DNA of 63,319 nt, the filler included, from Octopus bimaculoides (lineage: Eukaryota), in the NCBI RefSeq assembly GCF_001194135.2. It is 6 parts of 4 records of this genome, joined end to end, with 100 filler letters (N's around TTAATTAATTAA, not from the genome) between each part and the next. Parts side by side here need not be neighbours in the genome. Positions count along the whole stretch, not along the records: positions 1 to 21,495 come from NC_068981.1; 5 more parts are not named here. One strand, written 5' to 3'. Shown here piece by piece: positions 1 through 11,843 of this stretch; position 1 is the stretch's first letter, and each line of letters starts with the position of its first letter. Made by a program: the position numbers and the translations under genes. The notes beneath the pieces were generated by a model. That model was not told the origin of the DNA and did no database searches. It saw only the letters and a program-made list of their open reading frames with translations.

Positions 1-82
1 TGTGTGTGTGTGTAAAATAGAGAGAGAGAGACGAGTAATTATAGGTAGATAGAGAATCAGTCAGAAACAGACACAGAGATGG

Positions 83-83
<1 letters not shown>

Positions 84-136
<53 letters not shown>

Positions 137-240
137 AGAGAGTGAGAGATAAAGGGAGAAGGAAAGGGAGAAGGAGAGGGAGAAGGAGAGGGAGAAGGAG
201 AGGGAGAGAGAGAGATAAAGGGAGAAAGAGAGGGAGAGGG
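84..240. repeat. (GATA)n microsatellite followed by a GGGAGAA-type purine tract
   Basis: Read directly from the sequence. Confidence 0.95.
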
Positions 241-299
241 AGATGATTCGAAAACTTGAGGGCAAGATTTAAACTGAAGTAAAAATAGTGAAGAATTAA

Positions 300-519
300 A
301 AAAATGAAAGTTGTTGCTGGTGGTGATGGTGGTGGTGGATGTGTTATGAGTAATGGTGGATGACGGTGAGTGATGGCGAGTGAAGATGATGATAGTGACG
401 ATGGATAGCTGAGGTAATGATGATAGGAAGAGATATTATTTGCGCAGTGGTGGAGGCAGAACTGATGGTAGTATTGGTGGTGGTGGCTTAGGGACTTGCA
501 AAGTTGTAGTAGCAGCAGC

Positions 520-567
<48 letters not shown>

Positions 568-745
568 TGTTGTTGTTGTTGCTGTTGTTGTTGTGGTGAT
601 AGTAGTAGTAGTAGTGATGGTGGTGGTAGTGGTGTGGTAGTAGTGATGGCAGTAGTAGTAGTAGTAGAAGTAGTAGTACTGGTAGTAGTAGTAATAGTAG
701 TAGTAGTAGTAGTAGTAGAAGTAGTAGTACTGGTAGTAGTAGTAA

Positions 746-795
<50 letters not shown>

Positions 796-970
796 ATGCT
801 GGTTGTGATGGTGCTGGTGGTGGTGGTGGTGGTGGTAGCAGTAGTAGTAGTAGAATTAATAGTACTGGTAGTAGTGGTAATAACAGTAATAATAGTAGTT
901 GTTGTTCTGGTAGTAGTAGTAGTATTAACGGTGGTGGTGGTGGTGGTATTAGCGACAGTGGTGGTGGTTG
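300..970. repeat. Compound trinucleotide low-complexity array (GTA/GTG/GTT)n
   Basis: Read directly; explains the poly-V and poly-S ORFs at 440-996. Confidence 0.95.
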
Positions 971-1316
971 AGTGCTTTATACATAAGATTGATTGATTTG
1001 TTTATATTATGTTGTCTTTCTCTCACGTCACTCTATCTTTTACATACAGGTGCTATGCGTGCGCGTGCGCGTGAACACTCGCAAGATTATATATATATGT
1101 GTGTGTGTTTGACACTATATATTTGTATGTGTGCGTGTGCATATCTCTGTGTGTGTGTGTGTGTGTACATATTTACCGTGTGACAGCAAGTATCTTACTG
1201 CAAGTATCTTACTGTAACTTGTTTCCAATCAATTCATCTTATTGGAGTTACCCAAATCGGTTGTTGTTTTAAGCAATCGTAGATGAAGAGTTTGTGTATA
1301 GCTTGCTTGGACATGA

Positions 1317-1770
1317 GACGCAGGCTTTGCTGTGTGTTAAGAAGTTTGCTTCCCAAACAGATGATTTCGGTTTCAGTCTCACTGTGAGGTACCTTGAACA
1401 AATGTCTTCTACTACAGACGCGGGCCAACTAAAACCTTGTGAACTGACCACGGGAACTGAAAGAAACCCATCGTATATATGCGTGTGTGCGTGTGTGTAT
1501 GTGTGAGTGTATGTGTATGTGTGTTTGTCTTTGTGCTTGTATGTCTTTGCGTTTGTGTCTGTCCTCACCTCCAGTGCTTCACAACCAGTGATTAGTTCGT
1601 TTACGCCTTCGTAACTTAGCGGTTCGGCAAAAGACATTGATAGAGTTAGTACATTCTTTTTTTTTTTTTAATAAGTACAGGGGTCCATTTGTTCGACTGA
1701 AACCTTTCAAGGCGGAGCTCCAGTATGGCTGCAGTGAAAGGACCGGAACAAGTAAAAGATAAAAGATAAC
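1317..1770 (+). mobile_element. SINE family A (tRNA-like head, CORE-like CCTTGGGCAAGT domain, internal (TG)n, ...GAAACAAGTAAAAGA tail), diverged copy
   Basis: Colinear with the copies at 2177, 16330, 26990 and 58991. Confidence 0.8.
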
Positions 1771-2176
1771 GTCATCACGCTATCATCTACTGGACAATGT
1801 AATCGGGGTAATATTCAGTACCGCATTTGAAAAGATGTTAACGTCTTGTTATTTATAACTAAAAAATGAAATTTACAAAAACCCTGTGGTATTGCATTGC
1901 GTAACTGATTCTTCACCTGTTGAAGCTCAAGTTAAAGCTTATTTTTATTTTCAATTTTTATTTCAATTTTTTATTTCTATTTTTCTTGTTCCTGTCATTG
2001 GACTTCAGCTACGTTGGGATACCGTCTTGGAGGGTTTATTCCAACAAGCTAACCTCAGTACCAGTTCTTTTATTTTTAAGTCTAATGCTTATTTCCTCGA
2101 TATGTTTTTGACGAACCGCTGTTCTACGGAAACCGCTGTTCTACGGAAACCGCTGTTCTACGGAAACGTAAACAAA

Positions 2177-2600
2177 CGCAGGAGTGGCTGTGTGATACAG
2201 GTGCAGGAGTGGTTGTGTGGTAAGTAGCTTGCTTATCAACCACATGGTTCCGGGTTCAGTCCCACTGCGTGGCACCTTGGGCAAGTGTCTTCTACTATAG
2301 CCTCGGGCCGACCAAAGCCTTGTGAGTGGATTTGGTAGACGGAAACTGAAAGAAGCCCGTCGTGTATATGTATATGTATACGTATGTGTTTGTATGTCTG
2401 TGTTCCCCCCCCCCAAACACCGCTTGACAACCGATGCTGATGTGTTTACGTCCCCGTAACCTAGCGGTTCGGCAAAACAGACTGATAGAATAAGTACTAG
2501 GCTTACAAAGAATAAGTCCTGTGGTCGATTTGCTCGACTAAAAGGCGGTACTCCAGCATGGCCGCAGTCAAATGACTGAAACAAGTAAAAGAGTAAAAAA
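2177..2600 (+). mobile_element. SINE family A, full length, with a duplicated head
   Basis: GCAGGAGTGGCTGTGTG head occurs twice; A box TGGTAAG, B box GGTTCAGTCCC, CCTTGGGCAAGTGTCTT core, GTAAAAGA tail. Confidence 0.9.
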
Positions 2601-3399
2601 GTAAACCAATTCCTTTTGCTAAAGTGTGGGGGACAAGCATAAACAAAGAAATATATAATATTAATATTAATATATATATATATGTATGACGGCCTTTCAC
2701 ACGGTTTCCTTCCACGGAATATCAGATATTGCACGCAACAAATCTTTGGATGACTCGAAGCTACAGTTGGAGACACTTGCCCAAGATCGAACCTGAAATC
2801 ATATTGTAGGAAAGCGAAATTTATTGGAGCAGATGTCATTCAAAAGAAGACTGGATGACGCGTTAAACAATGTGGAATCGATTCTTTCGACTAATTTTTT
2901 TCTTCTTTGGTCATTCAGTGATCGATTATATTTTCATTGAGTTACTTTTGCTTTTCATCGGTAAAGTCGATATAAAAGAAAACTACATAAAACAACTTTT
3001 CATTAAAACATTAAAGAAATCAGCCAACGCCTTTAAACTGTTTGACACACTCTTACATTCACTTATGTTACATCACAAACACAGTCTTTCGTGATTTACG
3101 TACATCATCATTTCTCTCTGTTGTTTCTCCTCAAAGGCTGCAGGAAAAACAAGAGCACATGAGAGGCGTCACTTCTCAGTTGCGTTAAGTAGCTGCGCAG
3201 CAGATGTTATTGCTGCTGCAGATCAAGAGTATGCTTTGTGGCCCACATTCGAGCCTGCCAGAGTTGATTACTGAACAAAATCAGTCAACATCGACCTATG
3301 ACAGACAGCAAAGGAAGACATCAACATTTATACATCCGTCCATACACGTTCCATATATTTTTTTATGGTTGTCGATCGAATCCACTGGTGACATTTTTT

Positions 3400-4400
3400 C
3401 ATTTGATCATTGTAATCCTCATATACGCCGTACAGCTTCGGTCGTAAATGTTTACTTAGTGAGGTCAGGTGTAAGTCTTGCTTCAAGTATTGCTAAGTGC
3501 ATTTTTCTTCTCATATATTAAACACTTTTCTAATATTGATGAAACCGTCAAATTGAGCGGCAAGTAGCGATGGATTGATGTTACTCCTCTTCAAAGAGGT
3601 CTTCAGCAATTTTTTTTAACCATCTTGTTTGGGCTAGCACGTCAGGCGTTTACTCTGACGTATCTTGCCGTATGAGTTCCTACGAAGGAGAACTGAGTGA
3701 TGCATACAAGCTGCATGATCAACCAGCTTAGCTGATGCCTGTGTGATGCGGATTCAATATCGCTGGTGTTAGTTTGACGGAAGATTTCTATGTACATAGT
3801 CTTATCTCGCCAGGTAACAGCATGGATTTCCTGGAAGCACTGGATGTTATAGCTAGCTATAGCTAGCAGTGTCTTAATCTGTTTGCTGTTCGTAATTCAT
3901 GTTTTTAAACTGCATGGAAGAATTGAGCCATAGACATCCTGATAAACACACAAATCGGTATGAAGGATAAGATAATCGTTAGACAAACTCTCTGAGCCTC
4001 CCAAAGAATATAGAAGCTTGTCTGAAGCAGTTTAGAATCTCTTTGATCAATTTACATTCATTGGAAATAACACTGATTTTGGAGGTTGTGGCTAGTTTTT
4101 ACTTTTGTGCAGAGAAAGCGGTGAAGATGGATGGCGGGGCATTGTGTCATATAAAGATGACTTTCATAAGTTGGAACGACTCTAAGATGATCATCTCTGG
4201 AGCGTGAGCTTCCCGAGACTCATCAGTAAAGTGTAGTTCATTGATCGGTTCAAATCCGAAATTAACATTGGTCTACAGTCATCTGATGTTAATAAGATTC
4301 CATCCACCTCAGAAATTAGTAAGAATTCCGGCCTCTCTTTCTCTAATTCCAACCGTCTGCATAACATGATGATCACACAAATGAAAAAAATAATTAATAT
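3400..4400 (-). mobile_element. Highly decayed Penelope-like element remnant
   Basis: Minus strand reads LHFTDES (RT thumb-like) and in-frame YNIQC...MYIE (GIY-YIG-like); degenerate hammerhead-like CTGAAGA-CCTCT/AGAGG stem at 3578-3609. Confidence 0.45.
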
Positions 4401-5884
4401 TAAACCAACACGCAACGTTATATAATTCCCGTTGATTTATTTTATTATTTTTTTAAATATTTATTTTTACTCTTAAGGACTCTCAGATTTTAGCCCTCCA
4501 CCCTTAACTCCAACAACAACGATTCGAACCATCATCCATACGTAGAGATAGTAAAGGAGATACACGAATTCGGATGGGAAACTAATTTTATGGGAAAATC
4601 CCACTGAATCAATGTCAAAACCCTTTAAAAGGTCCATAAACGTAATGAGCAGGTCTATGTTACTTCCTGACCATCCAATCTTAAATGTGTATGTAGAACT
4701 ACATTATCTATTGCAGTGTTTCGATTCCCAGCGTTTTTCCATTTGCAGAATCTTTAAAATTCACCCCCTGTCTCAAGGAAATTCTGCATAAAAATTGTTT
4801 TTATAAATCTTTATCTTTTTCATTCATAAATTTAATTTCACAACAGATTAAACTAATGTATAACTAATTTTGATTGGTTTGTAAATGCTAAATCCATAAG
4901 ACGTCTTTAGAAGTGGTTTAGGTAAATTCCGTCTTAACTAAGAACCCTTTTTGAAACGAATTACCTAACTTTTGTCCGTATAGCCTCATTAATCCGTACA
5001 GATACCAATATTTCGAATATGCTGTATGGTACAACTTAATTGTCAATATAGAATTAACGGCAAAAATGACTCAAAATACATTTGCATATAATTAGCATAT
5101 TTATCGCTGTTTATCGCGGAACGCTTAGCGACCTCAAGCAGAACTCCGCGTGGAAAGCAGCGACTTAATGTCTTCTCTTGTTTAAGACGATAAGGTATGA
5201 TTTCGAAGAGATCTGGTTGCTAGCTCAAGTATTACTCTTCGTTGTAATTATTGTTGTTTCCACTGATGAATTGGAATACAACTAATTCCACTTAATCGAA
5301 TACCAAGTGATGATATAATTTGATTATCAGCATGACTTTTAAAAGCAACAACCTATTTACATCAAATGTATGCAAAATTAATCGGTTAATTGCATATGCA
5401 AATATATTCGAATCCGGTTAATTGCACAAGTTGTTTTTATCGATTTTTGAGAAAGAAACTGACGGAATGTAGTATAAAATTGATTATTTATTTGATTTTA
5501 TATGGATAAAAACATTGTAAAAGCTTCTGTTTTCACAATGAGTTGAAATAACAATAGTCACTTCTCCATCTTTGCAAACAGCCGATATCAAAAATACTCA
5601 AGTGTATTTAAGTTATTGTTACCGTTTCAATGGATTAAATACAATCGGAAGCTAATGTTCCGGAGTATTTTTTAATTTATTTTTAATCGCGAAAACAAAG
5701 TTTCTCATTGAATAAAATCTTTATTGTAGATAAAATTGTTAAATAAAAAAAAAGATAATTTTGAATGAAGCAGTTAATTCACGCTATTTTGTTTTCATTA
5801 TCATCTACATTATCCTGTCCTTGACCCAATTACGTTTTTCTTCATCTACATGACCCTAGTTGTTGTCATTGAGTGATTTTAAGT

Positions 5885-6020
5885 ATGTCAAGGCACGCTG
5901 TTTAAGGGTTAAGGTGCTCGGCTCACGATCATAAGGTTGTGGGTTCAATTCTTAAGCAAGATCCTTCATTTCACATTGCTTCGGTCTAGTCTATGGAAAC
6001 TAGTATCTGTCGGTACTGGT
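5885..6020 (+). mobile_element. SINE family C fragment (tRNA head plus V-like TTAAGCAAGA..CTTCATTTCACATTGCT)
   Basis: Similar to the minus-strand copies at 30.7, 46.6 and 48.3 kb. Confidence 0.6.
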
Positions 6021-6022
6021 GC

Positions 6023-6024
<2 letters not shown>

Positions 6025-6095
<71 letters not shown>
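6025..6095. repeat. (CT)n microsatellite
   Basis: Read directly from the sequence. Confidence 0.98.
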
Positions 6096-6097
<2 letters not shown>

Positions 6098-6619
6098 GCT
6101 GTCTCATCTTTAACCAGATACAATCAACCGTTTTCGAGAAGCGAGCCGCATGAGATAATTTTTCGTTAGGCGCGACATCCTGAAAGTCCCGTGGGCCATA
6201 GTTTGCTCATGGCTGCCTTAGACATTCCGCTGGGGAAAGAGTAAAGTAACTGTGTTTACATTTGCAAGTGACTACAAACTAATTGTTTCAGACACAGGGT
6301 TACCTGAAACAGTTAGCAAAAACATGATACACGCTACCAACTCGTTCTCGCTCACGAGTGACGACTGACTGTGTGAATTCAAAGTGTGTAAATGTTATTT
6401 TCAAGATGTTATTTTCTTCGACAGTTACAGAATCTCAAAGATAATTGAAAAATCTCACGAGAAATAATTTTGACCATTGTTTCGTGCCAGTACACATCAA
6501 TAAAAATTATGAATAGTGGAATATAAGCAAAATATGTTAACGCAAAACGTAAAGCAAGTAAAAAAATTAAAAAAACTGCTGTAGATGTTTTATTATATAA
6601 CTGACACTACGGCAACGAA

Positions 6620-6800
6620 CTGAAAGAATCGTTACCGCCATCCCGGATAAATTTTCTGACCGCGTTTCTTCCGGCTCCGTTAAGCTCTGAGTTCAAATTC
6701 GGTCGACGATAACTTTCAATTTTATCTTGCTGGGATTGATAAAATAAGTACTAGTCAAGTATTTGAGTCGATATAATTGGTTAACCTACTTTTTCGAACA
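6620..6800 (+). mobile_element. SINE family D (GGCGGCGAGCTGGCAGAA head; Nin/Deu-like GCCTTTCATCCTTTCGGGGTCGATAAA core), diverged copy
   Basis: Colinear with the copies at 19.4-20.0 kb and 43.2-44.2 kb. Confidence 0.7.
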
Positions 6801-6929
6801 TTGATAATTGTGTAATATATTTCCTAGTCTGTGGTTTCGGTTTTTTTCCATAAATGGTTGAGTCATCGAGGCGGTATTAACATGTACGTATGTGGGATAT
6901 TTAATATGTTAATTTGTTTATCAGAATGT

Positions 6930-6961
<32 letters not shown>

Positions 6962-7315
6962 TGAGTGAAGGCACANNNNNNNNNNNNNNNNNNNNNNNNN
7001 NNNNNNNNNNNNNNNNNNNNNNNNNNNNNNNNNNNNNNNNNNNNNNNNNNNNNNNNNNNNNNNNNNNNNNNNNNNNNNNNNNNNNNNNNNNNNNNNNNNN
7101 NNNNNNNNNNNNNNNNNNNNNNNNNNNNNNNNNNNNNNNNNNNNNNNNNNNNNNNNNNNNNNNNNNNNNNNNNNNNNNNNNNNNNNNNNNNNNNNNNNNN
7201 NNNNNNNNNNNNNNNNNNNNNNNNNNNNNNNNNNNNNNNNNNNNNNNNNNNNNNNNNNNNNNNNNNNNNNNNNNNNNNNNNNNNNNNNNNNNNNNNNNNN
7301 NNNNNNNNNNNNNNN

Positions 7316-7366
<51 letters not shown>

Positions 7367-7719
7367 GAGTAGTAGGACGGGTTTTAATACAATTTCCGGT
7401 TTCTAAACTCACTCACAAATCAATGGTTGCCTTGGTGCTATGGTAGAAGACACTTGCCCATGGTGTCGTGCAGTGGAACCGAACACGAAACCACGTGATT
7501 GCAAAGCAAGCTTCTTAACTATGCAGCCATGCCCGTGCCTTCTTAACAACACAACCATGGCTTTTTTTCTTTTTTTTTTTTTGCATTGAGAAATAAGTTT
7601 GCACCATCATCCAAAGGAATATTTAAATACAGAACACTGAAGCATTTGAATAAATCTATGATGTGAGAAGGAAGAGAAGTGAAATGCTTCGGACTGAATC
7701 CTTCTTCAGAGAGAGAGAA

Positions 7720-7770
<51 letters not shown>

Positions 7771-8439
7771 GGGAGGGAGGGCGAGAGGGAGAGAGCGGAA
7801 ATGATGAAGTTTATTAGTGTTAGTGGATAAATAGATGAAGCGTAGTGCTTGTATAGAAGTGTATGTGTGTGTTTGTGTGTGTGTGGCATGTGTATGTGTG
7901 TGTGCGTGTCTGTACACGTGTGCACATAAATATATATATATATATATATATATGGGAGTATGTGCGTGTGTGTGTGTGCGTGTCCACATACATACACACA
8001 CATATACATATGAATATATAGATATATCCATAGAAGTATAATACATGGGTGAGTAGACTCACATTCATGAAGCTACGCGTGCGCGCGCACATGCACACAC
8101 GCACGCACTCAGGCACGCACATTTACATGCGCTCATACAAATGCATTCACCCAGAGAATGAAATTAGAAAGAACATAGAGACGAGAGAAGAGAGAAGAGA
8201 AAAGAGAGAGATGAAAAGAAGGAAAGTGTGGGGGGGGGAGAGAAAGAGTGAGGTAGTTTTGATGCAAATAGCATTTTAAGGGAGATTATACAAGCACAGT
8301 CTGTACCTGCTGATTGCTGATTCTATTGATGTTTACGAGGACAAGCTTCCTGTGAATAGGTGTGTGATATCCCTCGTAATTGATAGATATCATTCAAATA
8401 GTGAAGTAGCTTTACATACAGTCAAATATCAACTAAAGA

Positions 8440-8682
8440 GTTATCATTATTGATTTGACTCAGGTTCGTTGTTACTGCTGGTAGAATCTATATGGGTAGC
8501 GGGTTACTACCTGTAACCTTAGGTATCCACAAGTTTTCAATAACTTTTCAAATGTTTAAATTCCTCCTGGTAATCTTTTCTGTTAATAATAAGGATTCTT
8601 TCTGTAGAAGCTCTACAGAGTATTCAAGTCAAATCTCCTTCAACCATTTGTCTATATCTTTACTCACAATTATTAATGCACC
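8440..8682 (-). mobile_element. 3' end of an R4/Dong-like non-LTR element (RLE C-terminus and 3' UTR)
   Basis: Minus strand reads GALIIVSKDIDKWLKEI*..VELLQKESLL..KITRR and continues the reading frame broken at 10654; ends in AATAATGATAA. Confidence 0.75.
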
Positions 8683-9062
8683 GCGGAGGCGCAATGGCCC
8701 AGTGGTTAGGGCAGCGGACTCGCGGTCATAGGATCGCGGTTTCGATTCCCAGACCGGGCGTTGTGAGTGTTTATTGAGCGAAAACGCCTAAAGCTCCACC
8801 AGGCTCCGGCAGGGGATGGCGGCGAACCCTGGTGTACTCTTTCACCACAACTTTCTCTCACTCTTACTTCCTGTTTCTGTTGTGCCTGTAATTCAAAGGG
8901 TCAGTCTTGTCACACTGTGTCACGCTGAATATCCCCGAGAAATACGTTAAGGGTACACGTGTCTGTGGAGTGCTCAGCCACTTGCACGTTAATTTCACGA
9001 GCAGGCTGTTCCTTTGATCGGATCAACTGGAACCCTCGATGTCGTAAGCGACGGAGTGCCAC
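8683..9062 (+). mobile_element. SINE family B (tRNA-Arg-like head, OR-type), full length with a 12-bp TSD
   Basis: A box TGGCCCAGTGG, B box GGTTTCGATTCC; perfect TSD TATTAATGCACC at 8671-8682 and 9063-9074. Confidence 0.92.
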
Positions 9063-9263
9063 TATTAATGCACCAATTATCAGGTCATCCCATAAGTACT
9101 GTCCGATTTTACCTTTTTTAAAATTAAGTGGAATTTAATAGTATTTTAGAATGTCTAATCGAATTAGAAATTATTTTTATGCATTTGTGTACATTTAAAC
9201 TAATTAAATATTATTTTACAGAATAATAGAATTAAAATTTCTTTGATTAAAACCCTTTCTAAC

Positions 9264-10288
9264 ATGGAAGTATCCAAAGAGCATTTGAGGCACATAATGC
9301 TTTATGAGTACAAAAACGGAAACTCTGCAGCCGAAGTAACTCGAAACATACACTCAGTTTACGGGAAAGAATGCTTGAATGAAAGAACTTGCAGAAGGTG
9401 GTTTGCAAAATTCAGAAGTGGAGATTTCAGCCTTGAAGATGAAGAACGCACAGGACGTCCTGTTGAGTTTGATAAGCTCCTTGAGGCATTACTTGAAGAA
9501 AATCCTTCATTACCAGTTGAAGAATTGGCAATAAAACTTAGTTCAAACCATACAACTGTTCATCGTCATCTTCAACAACTTGGAAAGGTTCCTAAACGTG
9601 GAAAATGGGTGCCTCATGAATTTTCCGAAAGCAATCGCAAATTCCGAATTGACAACTGCTCTTCTCTCCATTCTCGTGAACTGATTTCTCCCTTTTTGGA
9701 TAGACTTGTGACTGGTGACGAAAAATGGATCTTCTATCGAAATGTTAAACGTCATAAACAGTGGCTTGGTAAAAGAAAAAAGCTCAACCACAACCGAGAA
9801 GGGAACTTCATGGGAAAAAGGTTCTTCTCTCTATCTGGTGGGATTGCAAAGGAGTAATTCACTTCAAATTGTTACCACCTAATGCAACAATCAATGCTCA
9901 AGTCTACTGTCAGCGATTAGAGCGTTTGAACCAAACTTTGAAGAAGAAAAGACTCGCTTTAGTGAATGGAAAAGGAGTGATGTTTCACCAGGACAATGCG
10001 CAACCGCACACTGCAAAGGTCACATCACAGAAGGTCGAAGAGCTTGGTTGGGAAAAAATTCCTCATCCACTTTATTCTCCCGACCTTGCTCCTTCAGACT
10101 ACCATTTGTTTCGTAGTTTACAGAATCATTTGGGGGACATAACTTTCGCAAGCCAGGAGGAGGTCGAAGCTGACATTTCAGAGTTCTTCGCTTTGAAACC
10201 AAAAGAGTTTTACATTGATGGGATTAAAAAACTTGTAAATAGATGGAAGGAAGTCATAGATAATCAGGGAAAGTACATTGATGATTAA
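9264..10288 (+). pseudogene. Mariner D,D34D transposase with one frameshift (about 9770-9783)
   Basis: HTH region, WVPHE, LVTGDEKW, FHQDNA, YSPDLAPSDYHLF; the two ORFs join through a single 1-nt shift in an A-rich run. Confidence 0.95.
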
Positions 10289-10310
10289 ATTTCAATTAAA
10301 TATAACATTT

Positions 10311-10599
10311 GATCTCTTTTACTCTTTTACTTGTTTCAGTCATTTGACTGCGGCCATGNNNNNNNNNNNNNNNNNNNNNNNNNNNNNNNNNNNNNNNNNN
10401 NNNNNNNNNNCACACACATACATATATACATATATACGACGGGCTTCTTTCAGTTTCCGTCTACCAAATCCACTCACAAGGCTTTGGTCGGCCCGAGGCT
10501 ATAGTAGAAGACACTTGCCCAAGGTGCCACGCAGTGGGAATGAATCCGGAACCATGTGGTTGGTAAGCAAGCTACTTACCACACAGCCACTCCTGCGCC
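10311..10599 (-). mobile_element. SINE family A inserted in the mariner 3' UTR (partly in a gap)
   Basis: Reverse-complement family A head ends at 10599 and tail lies at 10311-10358, between the transposase stop and the right TIR. Confidence 0.9.
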
Positions 10600-10653
10600 T
10601 ACACTTGACTTCTTTATTCAAAATTCGGACAGGACTTATGGGATGACCTGATA

Positions 10654-11110
10654 TTACAGGCACAACCTTTACAGTTTTCATACTCCAAATTCTTGCAATT
10701 TCAAATTTCAGGGATTGTATTTTTTTAATTTTTCATCCTCTTTCTTTATAATCCTGGAATCAAGCGAAAATGTTGGATCAATGAGTAAGCAACTTCGCTT
10801 TTCCTTATCTATTATTATGTCTGGTCTATTATTTTCCAACTTCTTGTCCGTTTGAATAGGAAAATCCCTTAAAACTTTGCATTTTCCCGACTCCAGCACT
10901 CTTTCGACCCGACGATCATACCATGTACCTCTAGATTCAAATCTCCACCTCTGACTAAACCTCAAGTGTAAAACTTTCTCAACTTGGTCATGCTTCCATG
11001 TCTTATATTCTCCCTGGGCCAACTGGAGATATTCTACAACAATGTGTGCCGCTGTCTCATTCCACAGACCCCACATTATTCTGACACTTTCTTCCCATAC
11101 ACATATTTTT
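10654..11110 (-). mobile_element. 5'-truncated R4/Dong-like non-LTR element, restriction-like endonuclease region
   Basis: LAQGEYK..HD.V, DFPIQTDKKLENNRPDIIIDKEK..LLID, EKLKKY, VVPVI: PD-(D/E)xK RLE pattern typical of the R4 clade. Confidence 0.85.
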
Positions 11111-11126
11111 ATCATCATCATCATCA

Positions 11127-11199
<73 letters not shown>

Positions 11200-11200
11200 C
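11110..11200. repeat. (CAT)n(TAT)n trinucleotide array
   Basis: Read directly from the sequence. Confidence 0.97.
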
Positions 11201-11759
11201 GAGTGAGAGAGCAGCACAAGCCATCAAAGTAACGTTGGGGTACAAATATGCGAAGCCCAATATACCCATCATGACTACCCATCTGATAAGGCTACACCAG
11301 GCACATGCATTACAACAATATGAGCGTGACATGGTGACCTTATATCAAGATAAAAGATGCATCTCTTTGCAAGTAGGGCCCAGTTAGGATTTTTCTTTAG
11401 GTCGAGTAGCCCATCCTCGCTCAAAAGGTCCCTGAATAATAGGTTATTTAAAGATGACGAACGAAGCACCGGTGTTTCCAGGGATGAATTATTTAAAACA
11501 CCAAAAATTTCCTCTCTACACATGACAAAGATTGTCCTCCACTAGTCCTGCTCGTGATCAGAGATGCACATATCGTCAGCCACTAAAGGACTTGCTCAAC
11601 AGGTTAAGGTCAAATAACAGACATTCAAATCTGTGGTATTGAGCAGAACATTTGTTGTAGCCCATCTTTTACACCAAGAGAAAACATGCACACGATATCA
11701 CTTCCAATCAGTTAAGATCAGAACCCATGAGAGCCACCGACTGCTATTGCATCAGGGCA
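11200..11759. mobile_element. Unclassified interspersed repeat of about 560 bp embedded in (TAT)n
   Basis: (TAT)n on both sides; an inverted partial homolog occurs at about 18200-18362. Confidence 0.65.
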
Positions 11760-11802
11760 TTATTATTATTATTATTATTATCATTATTATTATTATTATT
11801 AT

Positions 11803-11843
<41 letters not shown>

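Larger units (their letters stand above)
9080..10651 (+). mobile_element. Full-length mariner transposon with about 30-bp TIRs and TA TSD
   Basis: Left TIR TCAGGTCATCCCATAAGTACTGTCCGATTT matches the reverse complement of 10622-10651 with 2 mismatches; TA at 9078-9079 and 10652-10653. Confidence 0.97.

Noticed and set aside
440-1183. Poly-Val, poly-Ser and Cys-Val ORFs here and across the window
   Set aside because: They are translations of microsatellites.
6100-6225. Strong minus-strand acceptor (TTTCCCCAG) followed by a CpG-rich stretch
   Set aside because: The downstream sequence resembles a hAT MITE terminus (CAGCCATGAGCAAACTATGGCCC) and no donor was found.
6901-7412. Long ORFs made of X residues (also about 22.8, 25.4, 33.1, 35.5 and 43.4 kb)
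   Set aside because: They read through N gaps and are not evidence of coding sequence.
11690-11750. Weak resemblance to U2 snRNA (TCTGATCTTAACTGATT)
   Set aside because: Too short and too mismatched; it lies within an interspersed repeat.
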